Positions 9,401 to 17,365 of a DNA stretch of 32,000 nucleotides are shown in pieces. The position numbers were made by a program, and so were the translations under genes. A model generated the notes under the pieces. It ran no database searches. It worked only from the letters and a program-made list of their open reading frames with translations, and was not told the origin of the DNA. The stretch is from Pseudomonas multiresinivorans (GTDB taxonomy: Bacteria > Pseudomonadota > Gammaproteobacteria > Pseudomonadales > Pseudomonadaceae), in contig NZ_CP048833.1 in the NCBI RefSeq assembly GCF_012971725.1, forward strand, positions 1,688,404 through 1,720,403. Reading direction: 5' to 3'. The first letter of the stretch is position 1. Each line of letters begins with the position of its first letter.

Positions 9401-9897
9401 CACCTCTCGCTAGAGGCTGGACTATTTATGGAACGGTTGGCGTAAATGAGTTTTCGACTCCAGAGGCCGAGGAAGAGCGTGGCAAGCTCAAACGCTCCGG
9501 ATACCTCCGAACCTACCCCATTTTCAACTTCATCACCCGCAGCACCGCGTTATCCTCAGCAAGGGTTACGACGTCATCCCGTTTTCCTGGCTCTTGCACG
9601 CATTTCCGCGCAAGAACTGTACCGCAGCCTCAAGCCATTGCGTGCTCAAGTGAGTGGATAGCAGTTCCAGATGCCCCTACGGTTGAGGTGCTTCACTACG
9701 GCTTCTTCGAAGCAGTTGGAGGTCCACTTTAAGCGGAACGAGTGCTAAGAATGGGGCAAGCTGGCGCTTTCCCAGAGGGGGATGCAGGGAAACCGACGAG
9801 GCAGCATGTGGCCGTCTTGCTTGGATTAGAGGCTTCTACAATCAGGTGATGGCGTTGTAGTATTGCGGAAATATGTGTAACAAAAAAGATAAAGATC

Positions 9898-11013
9898 ATG
9901 GACAGAGCTAATAATTTTCACTGGATGCAGATCAGCGATTTTCATGGGGGACTCTCCGAAGCTAAACCTCGTTGGCCGCAAATAAGGCAGCAATGGTTTG
10001 ATGATATTCGAGCTCATTGCGCTAAAAATGGGCCGATTGACTTGGTTGTTTTCTCTGGAGACTTAACTAATCGAGGATTGGCTGCGGAATTTGAGTATGT
10101 GACCTCCGAGTTGCTTCGACTATGGGATCACTTTGGGGATCTAGGATTCAGCCCGCAGCTATTTGTCGTTCCTGGTAATCACGATATGGTGAGGCCTGGC
10201 GATGATTCGAACTTTAGATTTCTTGTAGATTCGTGCCGAGAGAAAAAGCCTATAAAGAATCGGTTATTTAATAAAGAGTCTGCAGATTCAAAAGAGGTCC
10301 ATGCTTGGTTTGAGAACTACTCGCGATTTATATCTGAAATTAAGTCAAAATTACCGCTCGCCTGCGATGTCATTGGTGTTTTGCCAGGTGACTGCGCCGC
10401 GCAAATCGTAGTTAATGGTCTCTCCATCGGATTGATGGGGTTAAATACCGCATGGTCTCAAGTCGAGGATGGAGATTATCGGGGGCGGATTGAGCTGTTC
10501 ATGGATCAGGTTCTGCCGTTAGTTGATGAGCTGCCAGATTGGTCACAGCGAAATAATATAAATCTCTTGGTCACGCATCATCCGTCTGACTGGTTTACAG
10601 AACAAGCATGCGACGAGTTTGAAAACGAGATTTTTTTGCCAAATTATTTTTGTGCTCATCTGTTCGGGCATATGCACAAAAATCTGCCAGAAATTCGTAT
10701 TGTTGGCGGGGGGGATGCTAAAAAGACTATTCAAGCTTCATCTCTTTTTGGTGCTGAGAAATTGGCGGGTGGTAGTGTTGAACGTACGCACGGATATTAC
10801 TTCGCATGTATAGATGCTGGTCAGTCCGAGTCAAAGCTTTGGCCGCGTGTCATTGTAAATAAAGACTTTGGCGGCTGGCAGATAGAGCGCCAAGGGGGAA
10901 TTCTAAAGGGGGATTCTGATCATATAACATCTAGTTGGACTGTAAAGCGGCTGGAAGAGGGCTCAAAAAAAAGAGCTGATTTCCGAGGGCGAGAGCTCAG
11001 CTCAGGTGGTTGA
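9898..11013 (+). CDS. calcineurin-like metallophosphoesterase (all active-site motifs intact)
   Basis: Motifs are ISDFHGG, FSGDLTNRG, VPGNHDM, LVTHHPSDW and LFGHMHKN. GC is about 40% in sampled lines. Confidence 0.85.
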   Translation: MDRANNFHWMQISDFHGGLSEAKPRWPQIRQQWFDDIRAHCAKNGPIDLVVFSGDLTNRGLAAEFEYVTSELLRLWDHFGDLGFSPQLFVVPGNHDMVRPGDDSNFRFLVDSCREKKPIKNRLFNKESADSKEVHAWFENYSRFISEIKSKLPLACDVIGVLPGDCAAQIVVNGLSIGLMGLNTAWSQVEDGDYRGRIELFMDQVLPLVDELPDWSQRNNINLLVTHHPSDWFTEQACDEFENEIFLPNYFCAHLFGHMHKNLPEIRIVGGGDAKKTIQASSLFGAEKLAGGSVERTHGYYFACIDAGQSESKLWPRVIVNKDFGGWQIERQGGILKGDSDHITSSWTVKRLEEGSKKRADFRGRELSSGG

Positions 11014-13204
11014 AGCCTCCCAGCTGAACTCTAATATTAACGGAATACGTTATTCATTGCCTCCAGTTAGGCAGCATGCAGATTGTCGAAGGTTAGAAGT
11101 TGCCCAGGCCGCGCGGGAATTAGAATTTAAAAGATTTGTATGGATTTCCGCTGATTATGATATGGGAGGGGACGATTTTCTAGCGCATGTCCTTCAAGTA
11201 CTCGATCTGGCGCAGAGCCAAATATACTTGTTGGAAATGCAAGCTGTTTACGGGGTTGGCGATTTTTATGAGAGGTGTTCGGGTTGGGTTGGTGGGGTAC
11301 ATGAATTATTAATTGGCTTGGCAAAAATTTCTGCGCCGATCTTAATTCTTGATGATATACCTTTGCTGAGAGTTGAGGCCGATGAGCATGGGTACAATGA
11401 TTGGTTGGTGGAGTTAGTTGGGGTCCTTCTAGATGCGTGTCCGAATCTGAAGGTTGTTTTGCGGAGTCCCTTCGTTAAAGAAACCCAAAAGGTAAAGCAA
11501 ATAATTTTAAATCCATTGGACGAGGCTGAGACTAGGACGTATATAAGTCTCCATCAGAATGGTAAGCATGCGTCTCAAGAGCAGATTGGCTCGGGGGAAA
11601 TTTTTAGATATACCAATGGGATTCCGGGGCGGATTGATCGAGTTTTAAAGCTTCTGGAGACAGGTGATTTTTCAAGTATTGTGAATGGCCGGTCTGAACA
11701 ATTTATAGACGATTTAGCTACATTGCCAGAGCGCCTTGTAAAGGAAATTGAGCAGCTCAAAGCTCGGGAGGAATCATCGTCTGGAACTTACAGAAGCTTT
11801 TCGCTGCTAATGGCTCTAGCTGTTTTTCCATTCGGCGAAAATGTAGAGACGATAACTTATTTTGATGGGTTCAAGGCATACCGTTCAGCTATGGCTGGGG
11901 ATCTAATCGCTGCTGGGCTTTGTGATTCGGTAGTGTCGGAAGAATCAGAGCTAGGCGATAAAGGGGCTAAGACTTTTATTGTGGTTAAAAAGAATGTCCA
12001 AGCTTACCTAATAAAGTTATTAGGTGAGGAGGCATTGCCCGTATTGTATGAAAAAGCTGTTGGTGTCTATTTTGGCCGAGACTGGCGCGTTAGAGATTTT
12101 AAGCTCGCATCGGTCTTTGATCTTCAGAAACATCGCTTAAGTCCAGTTGTAGAGCAAAATGCTAGTTTTATTTTAAATAAGTTTATTTCGGATGTGCTTG
12201 GGAGTCGGACTGCGGTTTTAAAAGATAAGCTGGATAGAATTCGAGTCTTACATTATTACGTTGAAAGATTACGAAAGCATGGTAAGTATCTCTACATAAA
12301 TCAGTTGTGTAAAGTGGTCTGGAATAAGCTTGCACCTTACAGTGATGAGGCGCCCGTTAAAAATATACTCTTTATGTATTCGCGTAGTTTTAGAATGCTA
12401 GGGATGTACGAAGAGTGTATAGAGCACTTTAATAAGTTTATAAAAATTAAGTCAAATACGGCGCGAGTAATTGCGTCGGCACATATAAATTTAGCCTATT
12501 GTCATAAGGCGCTAGGTGATAATGAGCAGGCTCTACTATCTGCGAATCTCGCCTTGAAGTTTCAACCGAAAGGTGATTCCGCCTATCATGCTGAGTCTAT
12601 TAAAATTCAGCTTAAGGGGGATTCTGAAAGAAAATACTCAAGGTTGAGGAAGTTAGAGGTGAAAGCTCGGAGAGACTCCTGCTTTGTTGCTGCTAATAAT
12701 ATTAACTTAGAATGTATTGCGATACTGAAAGACAGAGAGGCTCAAAGGGGGTTGTATAAGAAGGCAATAGCGCAATGCTCATCCACGGGTGATGAGTATA
12801 ATTTGATTAGGTCTATTGTTTATTATTCGAAATGGACTATCGATGATGGCCTGCCTTTGGATCAGAAGGAGTACAGATCGCTGTTTCATGCATATATATA
12901 TACGTGTGGTCAGCGGCTAATGGGTCTTTTTAATATGAGTCATAACGCCTTGTGGTCATGCCATGAGGATATCGATTCTCTGGATATGCTCTTCTGGCAG
13001 TTCAAGTATAGCTCTATCTTGCAGAGGCTAACAGGGAGAGATGCAGATGAGGAGGCATGCTTGAGAAGACTGGTGAGTTTGACTAAAGGTCAGGGGGTTG
13101 ATTATAAAATTCACAATGAGTTTGACGTGAGATATTTTATGTCGAGAGCGTTGAGCTACAATATATTGTCGAGTGAGAACTCCAGCAATTTTTTAGGCTG
13201 GTAA
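11006..13204 (+). CDS. STAND-NTPase-like protein lacking a Walker A motif, with C-terminal TPR repeats
   Basis: A GTG start overlaps the upstream TGA (GTGGTTGA). The N-terminal layout runs SLPPVRQ...FVWISADYDMGGDDF (P-loop position), PILILDDI (Walker-B-like), LNPLDEAETRTYI and TNGIPGRIDRVL. A canonical TPR is AHINLAYCHKALGDNEQALLSANLALKFQPKGDSAY. Confidence 0.8.
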   Translation: MVEASQLNSNINGIRYSLPPVRQHADCRRLEVAQAARELEFKRFVWISADYDMGGDDFLAHVLQVLDLAQSQIYLLEMQAVYGVGDFYERCSGWVGGVHELLIGLAKISAPILILDDIPLLRVEADEHGYNDWLVELVGVLLDACPNLKVVLRSPFVKETQKVKQIILNPLDEAETRTYISLHQNGKHASQEQIGSGEIFRYTNGIPGRIDRVLKLLETGDFSSIVNGRSEQFIDDLATLPERLVKEIEQLKAREESSSGTYRSFSLLMALAVFPFGENVETITYFDGFKAYRSAMAGDLIAAGLCDSVVSEESELGDKGAKTFIVVKKNVQAYLIKLLGEEALPVLYEKAVGVYFGRDWRVRDFKLASVFDLQKHRLSPVVEQNASFILNKFISDVLGSRTAVLKDKLDRIRVLHYYVERLRKHGKYLYINQLCKVVWNKLAPYSDEAPVKNILFMYSRSFRMLGMYEECIEHFNKFIKIKSNTARVIASAHINLAYCHKALGDNEQALLSANLALKFQPKGDSAYHAESIKIQLKGDSERKYSRLRKLEVKARRDSCFVAANNINLECIAILKDREAQRGLYKKAIAQCSSTGDEYNLIRSIVYYSKWTIDDGLPLDQKEYRSLFHAYIYTCGQRLMGLFNMSHNALWSCHEDIDSLDMLFWQFKYSSILQRLTGRDADEEACLRRLVSLTKGQGVDYKIHNEFDVRYFMSRALSYNILSSENSSNFLGW

Positions 13205-13222
13205 TAGTTTGGCTTTGGAAAC

Positions 13223-13247
13223 AGAGGGTGGAGAGTTACCACCCTCT
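13223..13247 (+). terminator. stem-loop immediately after the STAND-like gene
   Basis: agagggtgg / agagtta / ccaccctct forms a 9-bp perfect stem. The downstream T tract is weak. Confidence 0.45.
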
Positions 13248-13353
13248 TCACAAATTCTGATTGAAATCTCAGATGGCGGGGCAAAAACTGCAGTTTAAAC
13301 TCAAAAGAATTCTGTTCTTTCGCGGATTATGAATTTGTCGTATGAGATATCTT

Positions 13354-13490
13354 GAATCGCTTGAGAACCACCCCACGTCCCCCAAAAACCTTGTAAGCCG
13401 GGCATTCCAAAGGCGGCTAGGCCTCATTTCAACCGGCTGTTTCTGACAATTGGCCTTATGTAGTCGCCCTTGAGTCTTTACGGGTACCAG
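13354..13490. repeat. right copy of the approximately 135-bp direct repeat
   Basis: It aligns with 9263-9400. It is preceded at 13326-13334 by attatgaat, the last 9 nt of the tRNA-derived att core. Confidence 0.85.
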
Positions 13491-13550
13491 CGTCTCGCGT
13501 TAGCTTCGACATGGCCACATGCCATGTGCGGATGCACGCAGGGAAGGACC

Positions 13551-14327
13551 ATGGGACTGAATGATCGCGAATGGATGCGTCGTGAGAGTAGTGAGCGTCA
13601 GCGAGAGGGTAGAGCCCGGAAACGGCACAGGGCTTTCCGTTGGAACGCTCTGCACTTGTTTGGCGGGATGATACTGCTCACGTTGCTAGTGCTGACCTGG
13701 CCTTCTCTCCGATCGCTCGTAGACCGTCTCTCGGCTCCATTGCCCGTTGAAGAGAGTATCCCGGTTGCTGAAGGTCCCCAGGTTATTCCGGCACCTCCAA
13801 TAGAAATTACATACCGCCCAGATGCGCCAGACGCTCCCAATCGTCGCTCACTACGTGATTGCTTGAACGGCGGTAATACCATTACTGAAAACGTGATTCG
13901 TTGCCAGAACGGTGGCGAGCTGCCGCGCGCTCGTACTCCGCAGACGACTACAGAACCTCAAGGAATGGTCTCTCGAGAATACCTAGCTGAGTTTCGGTCT
14001 GAGGGGGATCAGCGAATCGTTCAGCAGGGTAGTGCTCAACATCACTCCGAGGAGCGTGATTCGCAATGGATAAAGAGCTGGGGTGGTGGCAGCGGCTATC
14101 GAGCAGAGTGGGTGGTTGTTAACAACATTATTGACGGTGGATCTGTCTGCCGCAACCAAGGCTGGGGTTCCGTTGAGTATCGAGAGTGCCGAAAGGGCGC
14201 GAAGGTGCATTTTCGGGAGCAGTGCCGTGCTTGGGCTGCTCGTGCTAGTAGAGATCGCTCGGATTGGAGCTATCAAATGAAAGAGCGGTATTGCACGGCA
14301 GAAAGCTCGTTCAGTCCAATGGGGTGA
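13551..14327 (+). CDS. membrane-anchored Cys-rich protein, function unknown
   Basis: The ATG at 13551 lies behind GGGAAGGA. A basic N-terminus is followed by one TM segment (LHLFGGMILLTLLVLTW) and an extracytoplasmic domain with 6 Cys. Confidence 0.6.
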   Translation: MGLNDREWMRRESSERQREGRARKRHRAFRWNALHLFGGMILLTLLVLTWPSLRSLVDRLSAPLPVEESIPVAEGPQVIPAPPIEITYRPDAPDAPNRRSLRDCLNGGNTITENVIRCQNGGELPRARTPQTTTEPQGMVSREYLAEFRSEGDQRIVQQGSAQHHSEERDSQWIKSWGGGSGYRAEWVVVNNIIDGGSVCRNQGWGSVEYRECRKGAKVHFREQCRAWAARASRDRSDWSYQMKERYCTAESSFSPMG

Positions 14328-14416
14328 GTCGTGAGTACTCACTACATATAGAATTTATGTTTCGGTGGTTTAAGAGATAGGTAAGATTTCCGCAGTCTTT
14401 GAAAGGATTTTATTAA

Positions 14417-15385
14417 ATGTTAAAGGAAGATGGTTATATTGGGTTTATTAAGTACGATGGCGAGCTGGTTGCTGACGGACTGATGGATGCACGAAAACAG
14501 GCTTACGCTCTTTTGGGGGTGGATTCGGCCTTGCGTTATTTTGTTGGAAAGTTTTCACCTGATTTCCGTGAGATAGACTACGAAATTCCGGTTAGAGTAA
14601 ATAAGGGATCCTGGGAGACCTTAATACCTGAAACAATCGGCGGCTGGGTTCAGGCAGGGTTAGGTGTTGTTGCGACGGCATATTTTTCTACTGCTGCCAA
14701 TAAGATGGCAGAAAAAGACTTTAAAGATTTCGGGTTTACTGATGTCTTTCGAAAGGCAATTGAGGCGACGAAGTGGTTTGTGCGAATCTCAAAGCATGTG
14801 GGCAGTGCCTCCGTTAAGAAATTTGAGGATGTGGTCTTTAGTGCAAGGAATGAGTTGGTTGGGATTAAGAATGATGCCGGCGAGGTTCTGTATGTTCCTA
14901 AAGAAATGCTAGATATTTATGTGGCAACCAATCCCATGATAATCGAGGGTCTCGCTTCAAATGTGGAGATAGGTCGAGAACTTAGAATTGGAACCATCTC
15001 TCCTCAAATTGTAGATGAAGTCGTCGTGGATATTAAAAGCAAACATATTTTTTGCCGCACAGACGATGATGATAATGACGAGATTCTATTTCCGGAACTG
15101 GTTCATGGTGAAGACGTTGTTCTCGAGGGTGAAGTGACGCGAGAAAATAAAACCACGAACTCTATGGGGTTTAAATACAAAGAGCATATTTTGAGCTCCT
15201 ACCCACAATCCGGAAGTATTGTTCCCTACAAACAGTTGCTCTTTTTGCGCTGTCGTATATTCGCCACAGTCAGCCGGATGGATGATGATGGGCGCCCACT
15301 TGCTCGGCGGCCAAAGCTTTATTTTTCAAGAATTGAACAGCTATACGATCAAGGTCATGAAGATGATTTATTTGGTGGGGCGTGA
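14417..15385 (+). CDS. 322-aa hypothetical protein (low GC), no motif recognised
   Basis: A long ORF lies in a region of about 42% GC, with AAAGGA upstream. It has an acidic central stretch (RTDDDDNDE). Confidence 0.65.
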   Translation: MLKEDGYIGFIKYDGELVADGLMDARKQAYALLGVDSALRYFVGKFSPDFREIDYEIPVRVNKGSWETLIPETIGGWVQAGLGVVATAYFSTAANKMAEKDFKDFGFTDVFRKAIEATKWFVRISKHVGSASVKKFEDVVFSARNELVGIKNDAGEVLYVPKEMLDIYVATNPMIIEGLASNVEIGRELRIGTISPQIVDEVVVDIKSKHIFCRTDDDDNDEILFPELVHGEDVVLEGEVTRENKTTNSMGFKYKEHILSSYPQSGSIVPYKQLLFLRCRIFATVSRMDDDGRPLARRPKLYFSRIEQLYDQGHEDDLFGGA

Positions 15386-15637
15386 CTTTTTCAGCTAATC
15401 CAGCAGGGCGCTGGTCGATGATTGGCATGCTTCAAGATGCACAGCAGCGGCCAGACTCTATGCTAGTTGTGTCCAGTGACAATAAGAAAATACTGAAAAC
15501 ATTGGCTCCGTCTATTTATTGTTCATGCTCGTCACCTTGTTCGTGTTGTGTAGGCCCAATGCCTACTACTAGGACCTATCTCTCCTTGACGGTGTTCTCT
15601 CGGGCAAACCAACGCCTAGCGACCGTTTGAGTTATCT

Positions 15638-15910
15638 CTATCCCGCGTCTTGTCCTGCCAAGTTTCGATCAGCCTCATCATATTCGGGGCTAATTTCCCC
15701 ATTGGCTGGGTCGACTCTGCCCGTGCGCAACCATAGAGAGTACTGAGGGTAATGCTCCGCAATGAGATCAAGCTCATTGGTACGGAGGTTTGCCCTCTTG
15801 TCGTACCGGATGGTTTTGCACCGCTCCTCCTTTATGCCCGTGACAAGGCCCACCTCACGGTGACCTAGCTTAGACATAAATGCACGAACTCTTTCCTGTG
15901 TTGATTCCAT
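15638..15910 (-). CDS. phage repressor (Pf repressor C type)
   Basis: This 90-aa protein is transcribed divergently from the structural operon and has an HTH-like segment. Its position is equivalent to Pf4r. Confidence 0.75.
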   Translation of the reverse strand: MESTQERVRAFMSKLGHREVGLVTGIKEERCKTIRYDKRANLRTNELDLIAEHYPQYSLWLRTGRVDPANGEISPEYDEADRNLAGQDAG

Positions 15911-15929
15911 ATCAGTCTAAAAAAGCAAT

Positions 15930-15993
15930 GTTGAATTATTCCACTCTTCGTGGGGAGTGGTAATATTCCACCCATCTTGTGGAAATATTCCAC
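15930..15993. promoter_or_regulatory. three operator-like 15-bp sites in the repressor/excisionase divergent promoter
   Basis: The sites are GTTGAATTATTCCAC (15930-15944), GTGGTAATATTCCAC (15957-15971) and GTGGAAATATTCCAC (15979-15993). The last is a GTGGAA-N3-TTCCAC palindrome. Confidence 0.6.
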
Positions 15994-16035
15994 CTGCTCG
16001 ATATGTGCAGGTAGCCGCGATTATAGGGGGTTCAC

Positions 16036-16308
16036 ATGGAAGAGTCTGGAATAGTGGGGTTCACCGTCACGGGAGCAATGGAAAAGGTCACGGACTTTCG
16101 TACCGCTCCGTTCTGCTCCCAGGCGGTATTCGCTCAGATGCTGGGCCTGGAAGACATCACGGAAGACGTGGTGCGTGGCTGGGTCGAAACCAAGACGGTG
16201 CCGACCGCCAAGATTGGCCGCCGCCGCGTCATCAACCTCCACAAAATCCGCCGCGACCTCGACCGAGGTAAGTCGATCTTCTGCCAAGGGGATTATGACG
16301 ATGAATGA
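16036..16308 (+). CDS. excisionase / DNA-binding protein (Pf XisF-like position)
   Basis: It is the first gene of the rightward operon, behind AGGGGGG. The product is 90 aa with a basic HTH-like segment (TAKIGRRRVINLHKIRRDL). Confidence 0.65.
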   Translation: MEESGIVGFTVTGAMEKVTDFRTAPFCSQAVFAQMLGLEDITEDVVRGWVETKTVPTAKIGRRRVINLHKIRRDLDRGKSIFCQGDYDDE

Positions 16309-16801
16309 CGCCCGGTCCTTCTCCCAGTTCAAGCTGCGCATGCCTCCGGACCTGCGCTCCCAGGTCGAGCAAGCCGCCGAAGCTTCTCTCCGCTCCCTGA
16401 ACGCCGAACTGATCTTCCGCCTTCAACAGAGCTTCGAAGGGGAGGTGCCCACCGATGCTTCCGAGCAAGTACCTGGACCGACCGCATCCCGAGGACTGCG
16501 ACTGCTCTGTCTGCTGGTCCCGTCGCGAACTGGGGAAAATCAGTCCCTGCCAATCCACACCGTGCACCGCATGCCGCCCTACGCGAGTCGTCACCGTAGT
16601 TACCGTGATGAAGATGGTCGCTGGAGCGTGGCGCTCGATCTCCTCGACCTACCGGGTGGAACGGGGTTTTACCTGCGCGAAACACATGCCCGCGCTCCGT
16701 CCCCCGAAGTACTGGCACGTTATCTACGACAGCGGGAAGCCAACGCCCTTCGTCCCAGTGCGCGAGCCATTCGAGCTGGAGGGCTGAGCCATGGCCTTTA
16801 A
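16301..16801 (+). CDS. Arc/MetJ-type ribbon-helix-helix protein; only the first ~50 codons look confidently coding
   Basis: FKLRMPPDLRSQVEQAAEASLRSLNAELIFRLQQSF is an Arc-like RHH. There is no stop until 16801, but GC3 drops after about 16450, where another gene starts in a different frame. Confidence 0.45.
   Translation: MNDARSFSQFKLRMPPDLRSQVEQAAEASLRSLNAELIFRLQQSFEGEVPTDASEQVPGPTASRGLRLLCLLVPSRTGENQSLPIHTVHRMPPYASRHRSYRDEDGRWSVALDLLDLPGGTGFYLRETHARAPSPEVLARYLRQREANALRPSARAIRAGGLSHGL
16455..16787 (+). CDS. Cys-rich small phage protein (possible zinc binding)
   Basis: A strong SD (GGGGAGG, 16439-16445) lies 9 nt before the ATG. GC3 is about 78%, higher than in the overlapping frame. A CDCSVCW...C...C..C pattern is present. 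Confidence 0.6.
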   Translation: MLPSKYLDRPHPEDCDCSVCWSRRELGKISPCQSTPCTACRPTRVVTVVTVMKMVAGAWRSISSTYRVERGFTCAKHMPALRPPKYWHVIYDSGKPTPFVPVREPFELEG

Positions 16802-16997
16802 CCCGATCCCGCACTTGATCTTCTGGCTCGTCCTGCTGGCCATTGGCGCTGTGGTTGGCCGCCATCACGCTCGCCACACCATCCCCTCATGGGCCAATCA
16901 GGTCCAGGGCCGCCGCACCGGCTTGTCCGAACGCGCTTTCCCGTTCGGACAAACGGAGCGCTGGGCGAAGCGCACCCTTGACCGTCCCCCTCCCTGA
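16791..16997 (+). CDS. small membrane protein of the Pf early operon
   Basis: GGAGGG lies 8 nt upstream. It has one TM segment (HLIFWLVLLAIGAVVG) and high GC3. Confidence 0.5.
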   Translation: MAFNPIPHLIFWLVLLAIGAVVGRHHARHTIPSWANQVQGRRTGLSERAFPFGQTERWAKRTLDRPPP

Positions 16998-17365
16998 ATA
17001 GCCTCCGCTCGGGAGTGAGGGGCAGCACCACCGCCCCGCGCTCCTGAGCCCTCGGCGGTGAGAGCGGGATGACAAGGGCAGAGCCCTTGGTGTGATTAAC
17101 AACTCCTATCAGTCAGGAGCTACTTAAACCTTGGAAAACCTCGCTGTTTCAGAGCGATAGGCTCCATTTTGATAAATATCTATCGACGGTTTTTACGCTT
17201 GTTTTTGTGTTGAAGTAGATCCCGTCAGTTTCTTGAAAGCCGCGATTTAGAGCGGTTTTAACTGGCAACTAACGATCACTTATCCATCCCCGCTGAATTA
17301 ACGGCAAACAAGCCGAATTGCAGCAGCGGGCCAACTCATGCCCGAAAAAGGCAAAGGAGCTTCAG

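Noticed and set aside
9370-9732. A 120-aa ORF, and the nested 9446-9661 ORF, right after attL.
   Set aside because: The ORF begins inside the repeated island arm and has no SD. Its composition is not protein-like, and the equivalent position in the second arm copy is not conserved as coding.
12000-12010. A possible Walker A in the STAND-like protein at LGDKGAKTF.
   Set aside because: The sequence is G-D-K-G-A-K-T, with Ala rather than Gly before the Lys. It lies about 330 residues in, downstream of the Walker-B-like motif, so it is not a P-loop in the right context.
15382-15630. An 82-aa ORF between the 322-aa gene and the repressor.
   Set aside because: It has no SD and a Cys/Ser-rich odd composition, and it occupies what should be the convergent terminator region.
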